Origin: Deltaproteobacteria bacterium
GTDB lineage: Bacteria; Desulfobacterota; Binatia; Bin18
Length of the DNA stretch: 64,000 nucleotides
NCBI GenBank assembly: GCA_009692435.1
Contig: SHZE01000001.1
Coordinates: 13,243-77,242, forward strand
Reading direction: 5' to 3'
Every line of letters starts with the position of its first letter. Positions within the stretch are counted from its first letter, which is position 1. Both the position numbers and the translations under genes were made by a program. The notes below the pieces were generated by a model, which was given only the letters and a program-made list of their open reading frames with translations, ran no database searches and was not told the origin of the DNA. Positions 59,281 through 64,000 of this stretch are shown in pieces.

Positions 59281-59882
59281 GAGGGTTCCCCCTTGGAGAT
59301 CGTGGTTTGCACGTCGGCATTGAGGGTCAGCCGTTTTTCAGCCACATCAACCGAATAACCCAGTCCAACCGCCGACAAGCCGGGGCCATCAATCTGAACG
59401 GTCCCGTCAGACACGATAGTATTCCGTGTACTCTCAAAAGTAGCTGTCTGCGTCTTGATGGAAAAATCGCCGACCCGCATCTCTAAATTCCCCTTCAACT
59501 CTACTCGTGAAACTTCCTGTCCTTCGCTATCCAGGTACACTCGTGCTTCCTCGCTCTTGAGGGCAATCATCTCTCCATCCTTGAGGTAAAATGAGAACTC
59601 CGGCCCTTCGACGATCACCTCTTGCCGGTCCTGCGAGTATCGCGCCCGTCGTGCGACAATTTCCCAGACTTTTTTGCCATCGCGAACTTTGGTGCGACGA
59701 AAGCCTTGCATCCGTTGTTCTGTCGTTACCGCCAGGTCCGGAGCGATCTCCCGAATTTTCTTTGTCACTTGCGCTTGTGTACGCAAGGTCACCATCAGGC
59801 GGTAGCCTACCCCCATCAGCAAAACCAGCACCACAAACATAATAGCAAAACGCAACTGCCCCCGACTCATGACGTACTCCAA
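59277..59882 (-). CDS. lptC: LPS export system protein LptC
   Basis: N-terminal TM anchor plus LptC-like beta domain; immediately upstream of lptA. Confidence 0.6.
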   Translation of the reverse strand: MEYVMSRGQLRFAIMFVVLVLLMGVGYRLMVTLRTQAQVTKKIREIAPDLAVTTEQRMQGFRRTKVRDGKKVWEIVARRARYSQDRQEVIVEGPEFSFYLKDGEMIALKSEEARVYLDSEGQEVSRVELKGNLEMRVGDFSIKTQTATFESTRNTIVSDGTVQIDGPGLSAVGLGYSVDVAEKRLTLNADVQTTISKGEPS

Positions 59883-59969
59883 GCCTGCGCCAAAATACTA
59901 TCTTTATCAGGTTGCGCAACGACAGGTGTCAGTGAAGAGGGAAGAGGGAAGAATTGCGGGGCGTGTTGT

Positions 59970-60809
59970 TTACCGTGCTTTGAGTAACGCATCAATCGAT
60001 TGCAGCGTGCGCAGGAGCGCTTCGAGCTGAGCTAGTGGAAAAACCGTGGCTTTATCGCTGAGTGCATGGTCCGGGTCTTCGTGAACTTCCATAAAGAGCC
60101 CATCGACCCCAACCGCAACGGCGGCCCGTGCCAGTGGCGCGATAAACTCTCGCTGTCCACTGGAGGCGTTTCCTTGCCCTCCGGGTAATTGCACGCTATG
60201 CGTGGCGTCGTACACCACGGGATACCCGGTTTGAGACAGGATCAGTAACGAGCGAAAGTCCGAGACGAGGTTGTTATACCCAAATGAGGCCCCGCGTTCG
60301 GTCAGCAAAATCCGTTGATTGCCGGTTGTCGCGACTTTGGCGGCCGCATGCGCCATGTCCCACGGTGCCAAAAACTGCCCCTTCTTAATGTTGACGACAC
60401 GACCCGTTTTTCCCGCGGCGACCAGCAAGTCCGTTTGCCGACAGAGAAACGCGGGGATTTGCAACACATCGGCGACTGCCCCGGCCTGCGTTGCTTCTTC
60501 CGGACTATGCACATCAGTGAGAATGAGCACGCCAAGTTCACGCTTCACGGTCTCCAGGACGGTAAGTCCTTCTTCCGTCCCTAGCCCCCGGAACGAATCA
60601 ATCGCGGTGCGGTTCGCTTTGTCGTAGGACGACTTATAAATGAAGGGAATACTCAGCTGTGCGGTTAAGGCTTGTAACGCCTCGGCATGACGTAAGGCCG
60701 ACTCACGGCTTTCGACGACGCAAGGGCCAGCGATCAAAACAAACGGCCTTCCCCCACCACACAGCAGCGAACCGATCGGCACCGCTGAGGGGGCAAATTC
60801 CCGCATCAT
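59970..60809 (-). CDS. kdsA: 2-dehydro-3-deoxyphosphooctonate aldolase (KDO8P synthase)
   Basis: Motif [12 protein letters not shown] and the DAHP/KDO8P synthase TIM barrel; 279 aa. Confidence 0.9.
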   Translation of the reverse strand: MMREFAPSAVPIGSLLCGGGRPFVLIAGPCVVESRESALRHAEALQALTAQLSIPFIYKSSYDKANRTAIDSFRGLGTEEGLTVLETVKRELGVLILTDVHSPEEATQAGAVADVLQIPAFLCRQTDLLVAAGKTGRVVNIKKGQFLAPWDMAHAAAKVATTGNQRILLTERGASFGYNNLVSDFRSLLILSQTGYPVVYDATHSVQLPGGQGNASSGQREFIAPLARAAVAVGVDGLFMEVHEDPDHALSDKATVFPLAQLEALLRTLQSIDALLKAR

Positions 60810-62479
60810 GAGTGTTCCGCTCCACTGGCACGCAATAACGGGGGAGCCTCATATTCCCCAAGACGGTGCCGCAAGACCGCGCGCACAAATCCTTTGAACA
60901 GTGGATGGCAATCAAACGGGCGGGACTTCAACTCAGGATGGAATTGCACACCAACAAACCACGGATGATGACGCAGTTCGATGATCTCGACCAGATGTCC
61001 ATCCGGGGACAGCCCGCTAAACGTCATCCCTTTCGCCATATATTGCTCACGATAGGCATTGTTGAATTCATACCGATGGCGATGGCGCTCGGAGATTTCC
61101 TTCTTCCCATAGAGACTGGCGGCCAGGGTGTCCTCCTGTACGATGCAGGGATAGGCACCCAACCGCATGGTCCCCCCTTTTTGTACGATCATGCGTTGTT
61201 GATCCATCATCGCAATGACGGGATGCGGGGAATGCTCGTCAACCTCGGTCGAGTTGGCATTCCCCAGTCCACAGACGTGTCGCCCAAATTCGATCACTGC
61301 CATCTGCATGCCAAAGCAAATCCCAAGGAACGGCACCCCTTCTTCCCGTGCATAGCGAACGGCGGCGATTTTGCCCTCAGTGCCCCGTTGCCCAAAGCCC
61401 ATCGGCACCAACAACCCATCGGCCTGTCGCACCGCGTCCGGCAACACCCCATTCTCCAACTGCTCCGAATCCACATGCTCAATCTCGACACGACATTCGT
61501 TCGCCAACCCGCCGTGAGTTAGTGCTTCATTCAGACTCTTATACGAGTCCACCAGATTCACATACTTGCCAATCATGGCGATACGGACACGCTCGCGCGG
61601 GTTTTTGTAGAGATGCATGATGCGTTCCCATTTGCTCAGATTGGGACCGCCGGTCCACATATTGAGTTTTTCGACGACCCGTTCATCCAGCCCTTCTTGA
61701 TGGAACACCAGCGGGACTTCGTAAATACACTCGACATCTTTCGCGGTGATGACCGCGTTCTCATCGACATTACAGAAATGCGCGATTTTGGCTTTGACTT
61801 TCGGATCGAGATAGCGGTCGGTACGACACAACAAAATATCCGGTTGAATGCCCAGGCTCGTGAGTTCCTTGACGCTATGCTGTGTCGGCTTGGTTTTCAG
61901 TTCGCCGGCGGCGGCAATATAGGGCACGAGAGTCAAATGGATGTAGATCACGTTCTCGCGGCCACAATCCCAGCGGAGCTGGCGGATCGCTTCGAGGAAC
62001 GGCAATCCTTCAATGTCACCAACGGTCCCACCTACTTCGCAGATGGCGACATCAAACCCGGCGGCGGCGGCGAGGATACGCTGCTTAATCTCGTCCGTGA
62101 TGTGCGGAATGACCTGCACGGTGCCGCCCAGATAGTCCCCACGCCGTTCGCGTGAGATCACCGCGTCATACACCTGCCCAGAAGTGAAACTATTCTTGCG
62201 CGACAGCGGGGTCGAAACGTAGCGTTCATAATGACCGAGGTCGAGGTCGGTTTCCGCACCATCGTCGGTGACATAGACCTCTCCATGCTGGAACGGGTTC
62301 ATCGTCCCAGGATCGACATTGATGTAAGGGTCCATCTTGAGCAGCGTGACCTTGAGTCCACGACTCTCCAGCAATCCACCAATGGACGCGGCGGCGATGC
62401 CTTTGCCCAACGAGGAGACAACGCCTCCCGTGACAAAAATAAATTTCGTTTTGCGATTGTTCCGGTTGGTGATGCTCAT
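60806..62479 (-). CDS. pyrG: CTP synthase
   Basis: N-terminal synthase domain [14 protein letters not shown] and C-terminal glutamine amidotransferase (GICFGMQ, catalytic Cys); 557 aa. Confidence 0.95.
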   Translation of the reverse strand: MSITNRNNRKTKFIFVTGGVVSSLGKGIAAASIGGLLESRGLKVTLLKMDPYINVDPGTMNPFQHGEVYVTDDGAETDLDLGHYERYVSTPLSRKNSFTSGQVYDAVISRERRGDYLGGTVQVIPHITDEIKQRILAAAAGFDVAICEVGGTVGDIEGLPFLEAIRQLRWDCGRENVIYIHLTLVPYIAAAGELKTKPTQHSVKELTSLGIQPDILLCRTDRYLDPKVKAKIAHFCNVDENAVITAKDVECIYEVPLVFHQEGLDERVVEKLNMWTGGPNLSKWERIMHLYKNPRERVRIAMIGKYVNLVDSYKSLNEALTHGGLANECRVEIEHVDSEQLENGVLPDAVRQADGLLVPMGFGQRGTEGKIAAVRYAREEGVPFLGICFGMQMAVIEFGRHVCGLGNANSTEVDEHSPHPVIAMMDQQRMIVQKGGTMRLGAYPCIVQEDTLAASLYGKKEISERHRHRYEFNNAYREQYMAKGMTFSGLSPDGHLVEIIELRHHPWFVGVQFHPELKSRPFDCHPLFKGFVRAVLRHRLGEYEAPPLLRASGAEHS

Positions 62480-63390
62480 AACAGTGCCTCCTCTGCGCGT
62501 TGTAGGTCCTCTGGTGTGTCTACTTCGATCGTGGGTCGTTCGGTTTCACTCACGACGATGCGATACCCCCACTCCAACGCGCGTAATTGTTCCAGTTGTT
62601 CGCATTGCTCCAACGGGGTGCGTGCGAGTCGCGGGAAGGTTAGCAAAAAATCCCGACGATACACATACAAGCCGATATGGCGGTAGCCGAGCATTGTCGT
62701 TTGGGACTGACCGTCAGGTTGAGACTTGAGACTTGAGACTTGAGACCTTGGACTTTGGACTTGAGAGCGTGCCATCTGATCGCGCACGTAGGGAATCGGG
62801 CTCCGAGAGAAATATAACGCGTACCCCTCACGATCAGTCACGACTTTCACCACATTGATGTTTTGCCACTCAGCAAGGTCATGGATCGGTGTCTTCACCG
62901 TTGCCATCGCCGCCGCTGGTGCCCGTGTCAACGCGGCCACCGCATCTTCAACTAACGAGGGAGGAAAAAAGGGCAGATCGCCTTGCACATTCACGATCAC
63001 ATCGGCAGTCAGTCCGCGGGCAACCTCGGCCAGCCGGTCGGTCCCAGTCGGATGGTCGGCACGTGTCATCGCGACCTCACCACCGATAGCGCGCACCGCG
63101 TCAGCGATGCGGTCATCATCCGTCGCCACCAACACGCGCGCCAGACCACGGACACGGCATGTCTGTTCGTAGACATGTTGGATCATCGGCTTACCACGCA
63201 GCAATGCTAGCGGCTTGCCGGGAAAACGGGTGGACCCGTACCGCGACGGAATAAGAGCGACAACTTCCAGTTTCGATCTCCTATGAAGGCTATGGTTTGT
63301 TTTGTCCGGGAAGCCGATTGGCAGCAACCGAACCATACGAGAGAAGGGAAAGATCGTCAAATAAAAGAGCCGCGCCAGCACTACAAGCAC
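62476..63390 (-). CDS. kdsB: 3-deoxy-manno-octulosonate cytidylyltransferase KdsB, carrying an in-frame low-complexity insertion encoded by an octamer tandem repeat; start uncertain (likely downstream of 63390)
   Basis: Motifs [17 protein letters not shown] and NVQGDLP, and C-terminus ...[12 protein letters not shown]...[15 protein letters not shown]...[12 protein letters not shown]. Relative to E. coli KdsB it has about 16 extra residues ([16 protein letters not shown]) at the repeat. Confidence 0.8.
   Translation of the reverse strand: MLVVLARLFYLTIFPFSRMVRLLPIGFPDKTNHSLHRRSKLEVVALIPSRYGSTRFPGKPLALLRGKPMIQHVYEQTCRVRGLARVLVATDDDRIADAVRAIGGEVAMTRADHPTGTDRLAEVARGLTADVIVNVQGDLPFFPPSLVEDAVAALTRAPAAAMATVKTPIHDLAEWQNINVVKVVTDREGYALYFSRSPIPYVRDQMARSQVQSPRSQVSSLKSQPDGQSQTTMLGYRHIGLYVYRRDFLLTFPRLARTPLEQCEQLEQLRALEWGYRIVVSETERPTIEVDTPEDLQRAEEALL
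62703..62766. repeat. GAGACTTG octamer tandem repeat (x3-4, plus GGACTTTG x2) inside the kdsB coding sequence
   Basis: gagacttgagacttgagacttgagaccttggactttggacttgagag. The inserted length is a multiple of 3, so the frame is kept. The same unit is found intergenically at 8607-8624 and 46742-46793. Confidence 0.7.
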
Positions 63391-63452
63391 GAACCACTCG
63401 ATTTACTTATCCAGTCTGTTCTGTGATATTCGCGCGTCAGGAAGAGAAAAAC

Positions 63453-63893
63453 ATGCTCGAAATTTTCCAATTTATTGCGGTGTTGAGCGGCACGCTGTTC
63501 ACAGGGGCTGCCATCTACATCAATCTGGTCGAGCATCCAGCACGGATGGGGTGTGGAACAGAACTCGCCATTACGGAATGGGCTCCCAGCTACAACCGTG
63601 CGACTGGGATGCAAGTTCCACTTGCTATTGGTAGCACCATTGCAGGGGCTGGGTCGTGGTTCATAACTGGCAATCTTTTGTGGTTGCTCGGGACACTGCT
63701 CATTTTTGCCGTCATTCCCTTTACGTTTATTGCCATCATGCCAACGAACAAGCTTTTGCTTGATCCAGGAATCGATAAAACCTCGCCCACAACTCGCGCC
63801 CTTCCAGAGAAATGGGGGACACTCCATGGAGTTCGCAGCATTCTGAGTCTTGTTGCGTCAGCACTCTTTCTGATTCAGGTTCTTCGTTCATAA
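63453..63893 (+). CDS. DUF1772-like (anthrone-oxygenase-like) membrane protein
   Basis: 146-aa, 4-TM protein (MLEIFQFIAVLSGTLFTGAAIYINLVEHPAR...). Start trimmed from 63297 to the ATG at 63453. Confidence 0.45.
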   Translation: MLEIFQFIAVLSGTLFTGAAIYINLVEHPARMGCGTELAITEWAPSYNRATGMQVPLAIGSTIAGAGSWFITGNLLWLLGTLLIFAVIPFTFIAIMPTNKLLLDPGIDKTSPTTRALPEKWGTLHGVRSILSLVASALFLIQVLRS

Positions 63894-63907
63894 TAGGAGA
63901 CCCACAA

Positions 63908-64000
63908 ATGATCACCCTCCAACCTATTGGTTTTGTTCGGAATACCCGAGTTGAGGTAGAAGACGACAATTGGGGTGGCATCGTGTCGGAGATCGTTCTT
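63908..64000 (+). CDS. TsaA/YaeB (TrmO)-like methyltransferase, N-terminal fragment running off the window
   Basis: MITLQPIGFVRNTRVEVEDDNWGG resembles the TsaA N-terminus (PIG.V.S...); only 31 codons lie inside the window. Confidence 0.3.
   Translation, partial: MITLQPIGFVRNTRVEVEDDNWGGIVSEIVL

Overview
High-GC (~60%) bacterial chromosomal segment that spans the replication origin. On the + strand sits the conserved rpmH-rnpA-yidD-yidC-jag-mnmE-mnmG-rsmG-ssb block. On the - strand sit gyrA-gyrB-dnaN-[oriC with 7 tandem DnaA boxes]-dnaA; recF is absent. After these come hemL, a split F-type ATPase operon (atpZ-atpI-atpB-atpE only), asd, maoC-glcDEF (glycolate oxidase), a GST, and tRNA-Arg(CCT). 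Downstream of the tRNA, a direct repeat of its 3' half delimits a 2.1-kb islet carrying a tightly overlapping 3-gene operon of unknown function. Next come an IS1595-family transposase fragment, an enoyl-CoA hydratase, meaB, a Zn-ADH, and a low-GC (~48-50%) islet encoding a divergent DAC (diadenylate-cyclase-fold) protein plus a DUF4258/YgiT-zinc-finger toxin-antitoxin-like pair (the latter frameshifted). The window ends with xerD-glnD, amiC, metK-ahcY and the ptsO-rapZ-ptsN-rpoN-lptB-lptA-lptC-kdsA-pyrG-kdsB cluster. Strongest finding: a Bcp/PrxQ peroxiredoxin, translationally coupled to gyrA, whose peroxidatic Cys codon is an in-frame TGA; it is a probable selenoprotein that the ORF track splits in two. 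The window also holds at least four families of short dispersed repeats: ACGTAAA-unit palindromes at gene ends, a 40-bp GC palindrome element, GAGACTKG octamer tandems (one inserted in-frame in kdsB), and GTTTCGA heptads. No rRNA genes and no CRISPR array were seen.
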